Origin: Candidatus Saccharimonadota bacterium
Lineage (GTDB): Bacteria > Pseudomonadota > Gammaproteobacteria > Enterobacterales > Enterobacteriaceae
Length of the DNA stretch: 32,000 nt
Direction of reading: 5' to 3'
Assembly (NCBI GenBank): GCA_041941795.1
Contig: CP145872.1
Span: 360,001-392,000 of the forward strand
The position numbers and the translations under genes are program-made. How positions within the stretch are numbered: position 1 is the first letter of the stretch; every line of letters begins with the position of its first letter. The notes beneath the pieces were generated by a model. It ran no database searches. It saw nothing but the letters and a program-made list of their open reading frames with translations, and was not told where the DNA came from. Shown here one piece after another: positions 8,603 through 17,479 of this stretch.

Positions 8603-8950
8603 GATCCTAAAAAAAAGAATTTTATTACATCTGAGCTAGATGATCATTTCATCATGATAAATTATCCAATTTAATTGATCTGATATTAAAATAAAGATTT
8701 TTATTATACTCTTAAGAGTAGCTCCCTCAACTCAATTTAATTTTCTTAAACCAAAGGAAAATATAAAAATTTTTTTATTAATATACTTGATTAGTAATTA
8801 ATCTGAAAAAAAAATTTTTCTTAAACTTGGAAATATATTATTATCATTGTCTTGCTGCATTACTAATAATAACAGTCATCTTAGGATCCAGATTAATTAT
8901 AATTAAAAAAATTTGGAACATCTCAGTCCATATAAAAATCACAAGATTTT

Positions 8951-9952
8951 TTATAAAAAAGAATATCTACGTATAAAGTATTCAAGATCTTCTACCATTT
9001 TAGTATTCCCTACCACTAACGGACTCCGTTGATGAAGCATGGTAGGTTGTAAATCTAAAATTCTATTTCTTCCATCACTGGCTTTGCCCCCGGCCTGCTC
9101 TGCTAATAGAGCAATAGGATTACATTCATAAAGTAATCTTAGTTTTCCATTAGGAAAGAGATTGGTACTGGGATAAATATAAATACCTCCTTTTAAGAGA
9201 TTACGATGAAAATCTGCTACTAATGAACCAATATAACGTGCAGTGTAAGGTCGTTTAGTGACCGGATCTATTTCTTTACAATAATGTAGATATTTTTTTA
9301 CTCCAACTGAAAAATTTAGATAATTACCTTCATTAATGGAATATATTAAGCTTTCTTCCGGAAATTTGATATCTTTCTGACTTAAAAAGAATACTCCTAC
9401 TGAAGGATCGTAAGTAAAAGCATGAACTCCATTTCCAGTGGTTAATACCATCATAGTGGATGAACCATATACTACATAACCGGCCGCTACCTGTTGAGTA
9501 CCGGGTTGTAAAAAATCATCCTTTCTGACCGGTAATCCAGGGGAAGTAAGTCGGTGATAAATAGAAAAAATAGTTCCTACCGAGATATTAACATCAATGT
9601 TAGAGGATCCATCTAAAGGATCTAAAAGGACTATATATTTACCATTTTCTCGATCGTTAAAAATTACAAATTCTTCATCTTCTTCGGAGGCTACTCCTGC
9701 TACATTACCCCCTGCTCTTTTAACTAGAGCTGTTTTAAGTTTTTCATTAGCAAATAAATCTAATTTAATTTGAGTTTCTCCATGAACATTTTTCATTCCT
9801 GTGACTTCACTAATATCTACTAAGCCTGCTTTATTAATATCTCTATTAATAATTTTGGCACTTAATTTAATAGCCGAAATAAGAGCAAGTAATTCACTCC
9901 CGTCTGGCGACGAAGATTGTTTTTCAACAATAAATTCTCCTAATGTTTTCAT
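8951..9952 (-). CDS. fbp: Fructose-1,6-bisphosphatase class 1
   Basis: 333 aa. [12 protein letters not shown] and [23 protein letters not shown] are near-identical to E. coli Fbp. Confidence 0.95.
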   Translation of the reverse strand: MKTLGEFIVEKQSSSPDGSELLALISAIKLSAKIINRDINKAGLVDISEVTGMKNVHGETQIKLDLFANEKLKTALVKRAGGNVAGVASEEDEEFVIFNDRENGKYIVLLDPLDGSSNIDVNISVGTIFSIYHRLTSPGLPVRKDDFLQPGTQQVAAGYVVYGSSTMMVLTTGNGVHAFTYDPSVGVFFLSQKDIKFPEESLIYSINEGNYLNFSVGVKKYLHYCKEIDPVTKRPYTARYIGSLVADFHRNLLKGGIYIYPSTNLFPNGKLRLLYECNPIALLAEQAGGKASDGRNRILDLQPTMLHQRSPLVVGNTKMVEDLEYFIRRYSFL

Positions 9953-10115
9953 ATTGGATATTCCTTTAAGGAAATATCATTAATAGGATAAAAAATCTTT
10001 ATATTAAAAATATGGATATCCATCATGGGAATAATACAAAATTAAATGATTTTTAATATTATCGACCGCTCTTATCATGCTACTTAAGAAAAACATCACT
10101 TACTAAAATCTATAT

Positions 10116-10742
10116 CTATGAAATTAGTGAATGATATCTTGATGTTGCTTCATCCCAGTTTACTACATTCCAAAATGCACGAATGTAATCTAAACGTTTA
10201 TTCTGATATTTCAAATAATAAGCATGTTCCCATAGATCTAATCCAATAATAGGCACTCCACTAGTTTCTATAATATTTTTTTCCATTAATGGATTATCCT
10301 GATTTGATGTTGATACTACTGCTAGCTTTTCTCCTTTTTTTATTAACCATACCCAACCGGAGCCAAAATGTGCTAAAGCAATATTTTCGAATAACTCTTT
10401 AAATGCTATTACTGTACCAAAATTTTTTTCTATAACTAATTTTAAATGTCCTTGTAAAATAGTTCCTTTCTTAAGAATTTTCCAGAAAAAACAATGATTG
10501 GCATGTCCTCCGGCGTTATTACGTAAAAATATTCTTTTATCTTTAGGAATATTATCTAAATGCATAATGAGGTCATTGACTGACATCAGAGAATATTTAT
10601 TAGGTAAATTCTGGAGTACTGTATTAGTATTATTAATATAATTTTGATGATGCTTAGTATGGTGAATTTCCATTGTAAGTTTATCTATATAAGGCTCTAG
10701 GGCATCATAAGAATAAGGAAGCCTGGGGAGAGAATAACTCAT
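10116..10742 (-). CDS. sodA: Superoxide dismutase (Mn type)
   Basis: 208 aa. [40 protein letters not shown] compares with E. coli Sod[41 protein letters not shown]. The C-terminal [15 protein letters not shown] metal-ligand motif is present. Confidence 0.95.
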   Translation of the reverse strand: MSYSLPRLPYSYDALEPYIDKLTMEIHHTKHHQNYINNTNTVLQNLPNKYSLMSVNDLIMHLDNIPKDKRIFLRNNAGGHANHCFFWKILKKGTILQGHLKLVIEKNFGTVIAFKELFENIALAHFGSGWVWLIKKGEKLAVVSTSNQDNPLMEKNIIETSGVPIIGLDLWEHAYYLKYQNKRLDYIRAFWNVVNWDEATSRYHSLIS

Positions 10743-10939
10743 ACTTTGATTTCCTCTAAAAATTATTTATTGTTAACTCTGTTTATAGAGTAGGAAAAAT
10801 TTTCAATGTTATAAATCTAAATTTTTATACAGAAAAATGTTCTTTTATAAGACTCAAAAAAAGATACTTATATATAATATAATATTAGTTAAAAAACAAT
10901 AATTATATGAAGTTATCCTCTAACAAGTAAGTACTTAAT

Positions 10940-13900
10940 GTGATTAAGAATAAAATTCTCAAGCCTTTAACATTATCGTTATATGGCAAAATTCTCATTG
11001 AAGCTTCTGCGGGAACAGGTAAAACATATACTATTAGTATCCTTTATTTACGTTTATTATTAGGATTACGTAAACCAGGACATAAAAGTACTCCCCTTAC
11101 TGTAGAAGAAATTCTCGTAGTAACTTTTACTGAAGCAGCAACCTTAGAATTAAAAAATATAATTCGTAAAAATATTCATGATCTTCGATTAGCCTGCATC
11201 TGGAAAAAAAGTGACAATGCCGATCTAATGGGACTATTATCTCAAATAGATGATTTGCGACAAGCTACCGCATTACTATTAATTGCAGAATTGAATATAG
11301 AAACTACAGGAGCAATTTATACTATCCATAGTTTTTGTCAACGTATGTTATATCTGAATGGAGTCAGACCCGGAGGAAATTGGCAAATAAATCAGTTCCT
11401 AGAAAATGATTCTTTGATACAAGAATCTATTATGGAGTTTTGGAAGCGTCATTGTTCATGCCTTCCTCTTAGCATAGCTAAGGAATTAGCGAAGGAATGG
11501 TCTGGTCCAGAACAGTTACTTCATACCTTATTACCCTTATTCAGGCAAGATCCTCTACCTATATTAAAACCAAAATTACTCTTATCTCCCACTTTAACCG
11601 AAGAGTATCATAAAATCCTATCCAAAATAGGATTGATTAAAAAACAATTGCTTTTGGTATTATCAGATATTCATCAATATCAATCTACATGTCGTCTATT
11701 CATACATCGTACAAATCATAATTTTTCTATCTTTTTTCAAAAAATCTCCAAATGGGCACAACAAAATACATATAATTGCTCTTTTCCAAAAGAAATTTTT
11801 CTTCTAAGCAAAAAAGAAAATAATCTTGATCGAAGTTTTTCTAAACATTTAATTTTGGATCATATAGAAAAATTTTTTTTAAATACAATTTCATTACGAG
11901 AATGGATGATAGTTAAGGCTTTCGAAGAATTGCCCTCAGATATAAAAAGAACAAAAAATCGACGATCTGTTTTAACCTTTGATGATTTACTTTACTTTTT
12001 AGATGACGCCCTTCATCAATATAATGGGGATTATTTAGCTAAAGAGATTCGAGATCATTACCCCGTAGCATTAATTGATGAATTTCAAGATACTGACTAT
12101 AAACAATATCGAATTTTTAATACTGTCTATAATAATCATTCGGATAAGGCACTAATACTTATTGGAGATCCAAAACAGGCAATTTATTCTTTTCGAGGTG
12201 CAGATGTCTTTACGTATATACAATCGGTACATTCTATCACTAAACGTTATAATCTTAACATAAATTGGCGATCTTCATCTACTTTAGTAAAGAGTATTAA
12301 TAAACTCTTTTCTCAACTAGAAAATCCATTTTTATTACCTAATATTCCTTTTATTCCTGTTCAATCATCCGAGAATAATTATTCATTGCGGCTAATTGTT
12401 AACCAACAAAACCAAGTAGCCTTACGTTTTTGTTTACAACCTGGATTAGCGGTAAATATCAGTGAATATCAGTACTTTATGGCTCGTTATTGTGCTTCAG
12501 ATATTCTTAAGTGGATAAGGGCGAGTAAAAATCACCAGGTTCAGCTGATAGAGAGCAATAAAACTCGAGATTTTAAAGCTTCCGACTTAGTTATTTTAGT
12601 ACGTAATCGCAATGAAGCTGTAATTATGCAGAATGCTCTCTCTTACTTGAAAATAGATTCAATATATCTTTCCAATGAAAATAATCTTGATATTTCCCTG
12701 GAAACTTATGAAATACTAGTCATACTGAAAGCGATATTAATTCCGGAACAATCAAAATGGTTATATGCAGCATTATCAACAAGAATTTTTAATTTAGATA
12801 GCATCTATCTTAAAAAGATCATTAATCAGAATAATCTTCTTTGGAAAGAATATCTGAACAAATTCCATCGTTATAAACGCATTTGGATCCAATATGGGAT
12901 ATTGTCAATGTTTCGAGATATTATTCATTCATCTTTAATGTCTCAGGAATTCTTGTTCTCTTCCACTGAGTGTAAACATAGGATTAATAATTATTTTCAT
13001 ATTATTGAAGTTTTACAAGAAATGTCTGCTAATCTAGATAGCGAATATGCATTAGTACATTGGTTAGAACAACAAATAAATAAATCAAAAAATCAAATAA
13101 TTCCATGTTCGGGAATAAGATCTATTGAAAATGATAATGATCTTATCAAGATTGTTTCCATCCATAAATCTAAAGGATTACAATATCCAGTAGTATGGGT
13201 GCCTTTTATGGCTTATTTTCGTCAGGAAAAGCATAGTATATATCATGATCGACTAACTTTTGAGAAAATTTTAGATTTACGTAATGAAGAAGAAAGTGTG
13301 CGTTTATCCTACGAAGAACGGCTTGCAGAAGATTTACGATTACTCTACGTAGCTTTAACTCGTTCTATTTGGCATTGTAGTATAGGTATAGCACCCCTGA
13401 TAAAAGGTACTCGAAGAAAAAGAGAAGGTGGTAATACTGATTTACATCACAGCGCTCTCGGATACTTATTACAACGTGGACAACCGAAAGATGCGCAATG
13501 TTTAAGATCTATCTTAAGTAAGATTAAAAATGAAAATATTGGAGTAGTATATGCCGAAGATATAGAGACTACGTACAGTAGTACTACTTTTGATTCCAAT
13601 CCTCAATCAGAAAAATTCCAACACTCAGTAATTAGAAAGGAAAATTTGCAGACTTCCTGTCATGTTAATATGCCTACTTGGCATCATTCTCTAGGAGAGG
13701 AATTATTTCCTTATATTGAAAATGAAGGACATGTAGTGGATTACACAGATAATAATAATGAATTACCTATAATTCACTCTCCTCATACTTTTCCTAGAGG
13801 AATTAAGTCTAATATTTTTCTACATCGCTTATTAGAACAACTAGACTTTACTCAAATGACTTATAAATTAACCTTTCAAAAACATCTCGCCCATTATGGC

Positions 13901-14500
13901 ATAGATATAGCATGGACTCCATTTATCACTAAGTGGATAAATGATATTTTGAATTTTTCGTTAGTGCAGGAAGAACAATTCAGCTTAAGTAAAATTAGCC
14001 CCCAAAATAAGCAAATTTCATGGAAATTTTCATTAAAAATCGACTCTATACGGAAACTTCAGGAACTCGATCAGTTAATACAGTTTTCTTCTCCTTTATG
14101 TGCTTGTAGTCCAACACTTTATTTTCAGCCATTTCATGGCATGTTAACAGGTCTTATTGATTTGATTGTTAAATGGAAAGATAAATATTATCTTATTGAT
14201 TATAAAACTAACTGGTTAGGAAAAGATGAATCTTTTTATACTTCAAATATTATTAAATCTATCATGACTACTAATCATTATGAATGGCGTTCACATTTGT
14301 ATACCTTAGCATTACACCGTTATTTAAGAGATCGATTACCACATTATAATTATAAAAAAAATTTTGGAGGAGTCTATTATCTTTTTTTGAGAGGAATGTC
14401 TGCTAATAATACTGATCCTCTTAAGAGCAATGGAATCTGGAAACATCTTCCAAAGATAGAATTAATTAAAACTTTGGATAATTTTTTTATAACTCAATAA
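10940..14500 (+). CDS. recB: Exodeoxyribonuclease V beta subunit (RecBCD helicase/nuclease)
   Basis: 1186 aa with a GTG start. Walker A LIEASAGTGKTYTISILYLRLLLGL; helicase motifs VALIDEFQDTD and LIGDPKQAIYSFRGAD; C-terminal nuclease motif GLIDLIVKWKDKYYLIDYKTNWLG. All are colinear with E. coli RecB (1180 aa). Confidence 0.95.
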   Translation: MIKNKILKPLTLSLYGKILIEASAGTGKTYTISILYLRLLLGLRKPGHKSTPLTVEEILVVTFTEAATLELKNIIRKNIHDLRLACIWKKSDNADLMGLLSQIDDLRQATALLLIAELNIETTGAIYTIHSFCQRMLYLNGVRPGGNWQINQFLENDSLIQESIMEFWKRHCSCLPLSIAKELAKEWSGPEQLLHTLLPLFRQDPLPILKPKLLLSPTLTEEYHKILSKIGLIKKQLLLVLSDIHQYQSTCRLFIHRTNHNFSIFFQKISKWAQQNTYNCSFPKEIFLLSKKENNLDRSFSKHLILDHIEKFFLNTISLREWMIVKAFEELPSDIKRTKNRRSVLTFDDLLYFLDDALHQYNGDYLAKEIRDHYPVALIDEFQDTDYKQYRIFNTVYNNHSDKALILIGDPKQAIYSFRGADVFTYIQSVHSITKRYNLNINWRSSSTLVKSINKLFSQLENPFLLPNIPFIPVQSSENNYSLRLIVNQQNQVALRFCLQPGLAVNISEYQYFMARYCASDILKWIRASKNHQVQLIESNKTRDFKASDLVILVRNRNEAVIMQNALSYLKIDSIYLSNENNLDISLETYEILVILKAILIPEQSKWLYAALSTRIFNLDSIYLKKIINQNNLLWKEYLNKFHRYKRIWIQYGILSMFRDIIHSSLMSQEFLFSSTECKHRINNYFHIIEVLQEMSANLDSEYALVHWLEQQINKSKNQIIPCSGIRSIENDNDLIKIVSIHKSKGLQYPVVWVPFMAYFRQEKHSIYHDRLTFEKILDLRNEEESVRLSYEERLAEDLRLLYVALTRSIWHCSIGIAPLIKGTRRKREGGNTDLHHSALGYLLQRGQPKDAQCLRSILSKIKNENIGVVYAEDIETTYSSTTFDSNPQSEKFQHSVIRKENLQTSCHVNMPTWHHSLGEELFPYIENEGHVVDYTDNNNELPIIHSPHTFPRGIKSNIFLHRLLEQLDFTQMTYKLTFQKHLAHYGIDIAWTPFITKWINDILNFSLVQEEQFSLSKISPQNKQISWKFSLKIDSIRKLQELDQLIQFSSPLCACSPTLYFQPFHGMLTGLIDLIVKWKDKYYLIDYKTNWLGKDESFYTSNIIKSIMTTNHYEWRSHLYTLALHRYLRDRLPHYNYKKNFGGVYYLFLRGMSANNTDPLKSNGIWKHLPKIELIKTLDNFFITQ

Positions 14501-14619
14501 AAATTGAGCTTTTCTTTTTGAGAAGATTCGTTTTATCTTCTTATAAGATTATATAGTTCTAACTAATGAGAATCTCAACAGGATTAATAGATAATTAAGG
14601 TAAAAAAAGGAGATCTTAG

Positions 14620-16020
14620 GTGATAATCCATTATCGATGTGAAAAAGATTCATTAGGGACAATAAATGTTCCTGCCAGTAAATTATGGGGTGCTCAAACA
14701 CAACGAGCACTTAAATATTTCTCTATTTCGCGAGAAATTATGCCTGATGAGTTAATAAAGGCTTTAGCGATAATTAAAAAAGCTACAGCTGAAGTTAATA
14801 GAGATTTGAATTTACTTTCGCCTCATTGTGCTCAAGCCATTATAATGGCGGCTGATGAAGTTTTAGCGAATAAGCATCAAAATGAATTTCCATTAGTTAT
14901 TTGGCAAACTGGTTCTGGAACACAGTCCAATATGAATATGAATGAAGTCTTAGCTAATCGAGCTAGCGAAATTTTAGGAGGAGAACGAGGCCTCAAATGT
15001 TTAGTACATCCTAATGATGATGTAAATAAAAGTCAAAGTTCAAATGATGTATTCCCTACAGCTATGCATATAGCAGCGTATATAGCTGTACGTAATCACT
15101 TAATTCCTCAGCTAAAATTATTACATCAAACTTTAAATGATCAATCTGAAAAAAATAAGAATATTATTAAAATTGGTCGTACTCATTTACAGGATGCTAC
15201 TCCTATTACTTTAGGACAAGAAATATCGGGATGGGAGGCGATGATAAATAATCAGCAGAAATGTCTAGAAAATATTTTACTGCCTCTTAGTCAATTAGCT
15301 TTAGGAGGCAGTGCGGTAGGAACAGGCATTAATACTCATTGTGAATATGCGAAACGTGTAGCCAGAAAAATATCTTATTTAACAAAACAACCCTTTATTA
15401 CCGCTGAAAATAAATTTGAAGCTTTAGCTACATGTGATGCAGTAGTACATGCACATGGAGTATTAAAAGGAATAGCAGTTTCATTAATGAAGATTGCTAA
15501 TGATATACGTTTGTTATCCTCTGGTCCGCGCTGTGGTATTGGTGAGATCTTAATTCCGGCAAACGAACCCGGGAGTTCTATAATGCCAGGTAAAATTAAT
15601 CCTACACAATGTGAAGCCCTAACTATGTTATGTTGTCAAGTTATGGGTAACGATGTAGCTTTAAGTATAGGAGGATCTTCCGGACAGCTAGAATTAAATG
15701 TTTATAGACCAATGATAATTTATAATTTTCTTCAATCCGTGCGTTTGTTAAGTGATGGCATAGCTAGTTTTAACATAAATTGTATCACAGGAATTAAACC
15801 TAATTTTAAAAAAATTAACCTCTTATTAAACCAATCTTTGATGTTAGTTACTGCTCTCACGCCATACATAGGTTATGATAAAGCAGCAGAAATTGCCACT
15901 AAAGCTCACCGAGAAAATTTAACCTTAAAAGAATCTGCTCTGCAATTAGGATATCTCACTGCAGTTGATTTCGACTCTTTAATAAGACCGGAAAAAATGG
16001 TATCTCCAACCATAATTTAA
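14620..16020 (+). CDS. fumC: Fumarate hydratase class II
   Basis: 466 aa. GTG start with AAGGAG upstream. EKDSLGTINVPASKLWGAQTQRA and the signature GSSIMPGKINPTQCEA match E. coli FumC. Confidence 0.95.
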   Translation: MIIHYRCEKDSLGTINVPASKLWGAQTQRALKYFSISREIMPDELIKALAIIKKATAEVNRDLNLLSPHCAQAIIMAADEVLANKHQNEFPLVIWQTGSGTQSNMNMNEVLANRASEILGGERGLKCLVHPNDDVNKSQSSNDVFPTAMHIAAYIAVRNHLIPQLKLLHQTLNDQSEKNKNIIKIGRTHLQDATPITLGQEISGWEAMINNQQKCLENILLPLSQLALGGSAVGTGINTHCEYAKRVARKISYLTKQPFITAENKFEALATCDAVVHAHGVLKGIAVSLMKIANDIRLLSSGPRCGIGEILIPANEPGSSIMPGKINPTQCEALTMLCCQVMGNDVALSIGGSSGQLELNVYRPMIIYNFLQSVRLLSDGIASFNINCITGIKPNFKKINLLLNQSLMLVTALTPYIGYDKAAEIATKAHRENLTLKESALQLGYLTAVDFDSLIRPEKMVSPTII

Positions 16021-16623
16021 GTAAATTCATGGATACATTTCTAATCCTCTCTGAGAGGTTAAGTTATAATATATAATTATATTGAAGATAAAAAATATTA
16101 AAATAATGAAATTTTGATATTGATTGTTGTAATAATATCTAGCAGAAGGAATAATAATGCTGGACTTTTAATATTTTTTTTAAAAGAAAACAAGATGTTT
16201 GTATCAATTCATAATATCTACAATTCTTTTTAAGAAAATCAAGTTTGTACTTCATAATTTCATCCTCTTACCTTGGAGGCTATTTTTTGACAAGGCCTAT
16301 TTTCTCTAGAGAGGAAGCGAGCCTCGAAATAATAGAGAAATTAATTCCGTAAAATATGTAAGATATTTAAGTAATAATGATTATCATTAGTCTCCCAGCA
16401 GTGTAAAAATGGCTCTAAATTTTAGATTTTTTCTCCTCTCCGTTCCTTATATTAAAGGAAATTTAAATTCATTAAGATAATTATCATTAATATCTTCTTT
16501 TTAATTTTTTAAACTATTGATTTTTGCATTTCTTGAGCAATGAAGAATGATCTAGGAGAAGTAAAATTTATGATTGTCTAGTAGAACTAACATGACCCTT
16601 GTATTTTAGAATCATAATCAATT

Positions 16624-17448
16624 TTAATTTTTTTTACTTTCATTATGGGAATTATTAATATTGATAGCTGTTATACTAAAACCTCTATCTACATGCAAAA
16701 TTTCTCCCGTTATACCCTCGGATAAATGGGAACATAGAAAAACAGCAGCGTTTCCAATCTCTTCTCTCCTAACTTCTCCTCTCCGATCAGGAGAAGTTAG
16801 GAGAGGAGATACTGTTTCATGATAATTTTTCAACTTTCTGAAGTTCTTAATGGCAGAAGATGCTAGGGTTAAAATTGGACCTGCCGAAATAGCGTTCACA
16901 CGCACTCCTAATTTACCAAAAGAGTGGGCCATATAACGTACATTAGCCTCTAATGATGCTTTAGCTACTCCCATCACATTGTAATTTGTCACAATACGTT
17001 CTGACCCTACATAAGAAATAGTTATAAGAGCTGCCGTTTGATTAAGCATATGACGACAAGCTTGCGCTAAAGCTACAAAACTATAAGAACTAATTTCATG
17101 AGCTATGTGAAAACTTTCTCGTGTTATACAATCTATATAATTACCACTAAATTGATTAGAAGGTGCATAACAAATGCAATGTACTAAGCCATCAAATTTG
17201 GGCCATCTTGTGGATAATTCAGAAAAAAGAGCTTTTATCTTAGAATCGTGGGTTACATCACATGGTAAGACAATTTTTGATTTAAATTGATTCGCGATTT
17301 TTTTTACTCTTTTTTTTAATTGTTCATTTTGATAGGTAAAAGCTAATTCTGCACCATACTTCTGTAGAGAACGAGCTATCCCAAAAGCAATAGAACGATG
17401 GTTAGCTACTCCGGTTATCAAAATTTTTTTTTGCGATAGTAAATTCAT
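16624..17448 (-). CDS. fabI: Enoyl-[acyl-carrier-protein] reductase (NADH)
   Basis: 274 aa. [50 protein letters not shown] and [11 protein letters not shown] are colinear with E. coli FabI (262 aa). Catalytic Tyr and Lys are present. It carries an internal 6-aa insertion (see the repeat feature and findings). Confidence 0.95.
   Translation of the reverse strand: MNLLSQKKILITGVANHRSIAFGIARSLQKYGAELAFTYQNEQLKKRVKKIANQFKSKIVLPCDVTHDSKIKALFSELSTRWPKFDGLVHCICYAPSNQFSGNYIDCITRESFHIAHEISSYSFVALAQACRHMLNQTAALITISYVGSERIVTNYNVMGVAKASLEANVRYMAHSFGKLGVRVNAISAGPILTLASSAIKNFRKLKNYHETVSPLLTSPDRRGEVRREEIGNAAVFLCSHLSEGITGEILHVDRGFSITAININNSHNESKKN
16764..16805. repeat. Perfect inverted repeat (17-bp arms, 8-nt spacer) inside the fabI coding sequence
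   Basis: ctctcctaacttctcct (16764-16780) and aggagaagttaggagag (16789-16805) are exact reverse complements. Pairing extends to 16760-16809 with one mismatch. Verified base by base. Confidence 0.9.
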
Positions 17449-17453
17449 ATATC

Positions 17454-17473
17454 CTACCTCTCCTAAGAGGTAG
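17454..17473 (-). promoter_or_regulatory. 8-bp stem / 4-nt loop hairpin between the putA stop and the fabI start; its loop and 3' arm contain the fabI Shine-Dalgarno
   Basis: The reverse strand reads TAG(putA stop)-aataat-CTACCTCT-tagg-AGAGGTAG-gatat-ATG(fabI). The stem was checked (c17454-g17473 through t17461-a17466; 4 G:C). The only SD-like sequence (tAGGAGAGGt) lies in the loop and 3' arm. Confidence 0.5.
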
Positions 17474-17479
17474 ATTATT

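Noticed and set aside
8707-8720. Short perfect palindromes: tactcttaagagta (8707-8720), atggatatccat (10012-10023), gagatatatctc (23306-23317), and tcttataaga at about 4886 and about 14545
   Set aside because: By rough estimate, roughly 5-20 palindromes of 12-14 bp are expected per 32 kb at this base composition. None has a supporting context.
8603-8888. 8-bp inverted match gatcctaa / ttaggatc about 270 bp apart, flanking the thrA-fbp spacer (possible element termini)
   Set aside because: An 8-bp match at arbitrary distance is expected by chance. There are no target-site duplications and no coding capacity between the two copies.
16046-16058. tctctgagaggtt resembles the 5' end of 6S RNA (AUUUCUCUGAGAUGUU)
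   Set aside because: No complementary 3' closing-stem partner lies about 180 nt downstream, there is no further similarity, and the genomic context is wrong (ssrS sits next to zapA/ygfA). It is more simply a short hairpin after the fumC stop.
16126-16133. GTTGTAAT resembles the Ter core GTTGTAAC, and it is near where tus lies in E. coli
   Set aside because: The critical C is replaced by T, and the flanking bases do not match the Ter consensus. It also sits at the fumC-proximal end, whereas TerB lies at the tus promoter end.
17209-17217. Perfect DnaA-box 9-mer TGTGGATAA
   Set aside because: It is a single copy inside the fabI coding sequence. About 0.4 such matches are expected by chance in this window, and there is no cluster or AT-rich unwinding element in an origin-like arrangement.
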